A stretch of 63,983 nucleotides of DNA, filler included, from Octopus bimaculoides (taxonomy: Eukaryota), in NCBI RefSeq assembly GCF_001194135.2. It is 7 parts of 7 records of this genome, joined end to end, with 100 filler letters (N's around TTAATTAATTAA, not from the genome) between each part and the next. Parts side by side here need not be neighbours in the genome. Positions count along the whole stretch, not along the records: positions 62,494 to 63,983 come from NC_068981.1; 6 more parts are not named here. The stretch is one strand, 5' to 3'. Below, in pieces: positions 63,950 through 63,983 of the stretch. Position 1 is the stretch's first letter. Every line of letters starts with the position of its first letter. The notes beneath the pieces are model-generated. The model did no database searches and was not told where the DNA came from. It saw nothing but the letters and a program-made list of their open reading frames with translations. Made by a program: the position numbers and the translations under genes.

Positions 63950-63952
<3 letters not shown>
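62530..63952 (-). mobile_element. Tc1-family transposon with a pseudogenised two-exon transposase (exon 1 ~63660-63194, intron 63193-63076, exon 2 63075-~62535)
   Basis: HTH LSECERGQIV; I*SDESNFG|VFG; PTIKHGG; FQQENAPCHTA; SPNLNPIEHLW; SMPNRIK. Terminal TA-cagccttggccaaaagtattaggccacc (minus strand). Confidence 0.92.

Positions 63953-63983
<31 letters not shown>

Overview
Eukaryotic, AT-rich, microsatellite- and transposon-dense genomic DNA with spliceosomal introns and many N gaps. The SINE/RTE repeat families look like those of an octopod cephalopod; this is recognition from memory, not a database result. Host gene: only two phase-compatible + strand exons of a nucleotide-sugar transporter (SLC35A2/UDP-galactose transporter-like) are supportable, at 1102-1291 (ATG 1189) and 16633-16964. 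The remaining exons are not visible. The rest is repeats: tRNA-derived SINEs, RTE and R4/Dong-like LINE remnants, mariner/Tc1/hAT/piggyBac/Tigger elements and MITEs, and a ~13.7 kb block of Tx1(L1-clade) LINEs with a gypsy integrase-LTR fragment. Six artificial 100-bp joins (44 N + TTAATTAATTAA + 44 N) mean adjacency across them is unproven. Most notable: (1) an ORF1-only LINE derivative sharing a 3' motif with the Tx1 elements; (2) a Tc1 transposase with a canonical 118-bp intron next to its first catalytic Asp; (3) a CpG-decay boundary near 24.4 kb; (4) a 185-bp CpG-rich foldback with head-to-head telomeric repeats; (5) inverted hammerhead-like repeats upstream of the first coding exon. Repeat boundaries without TIR/TSD evidence are approximate.
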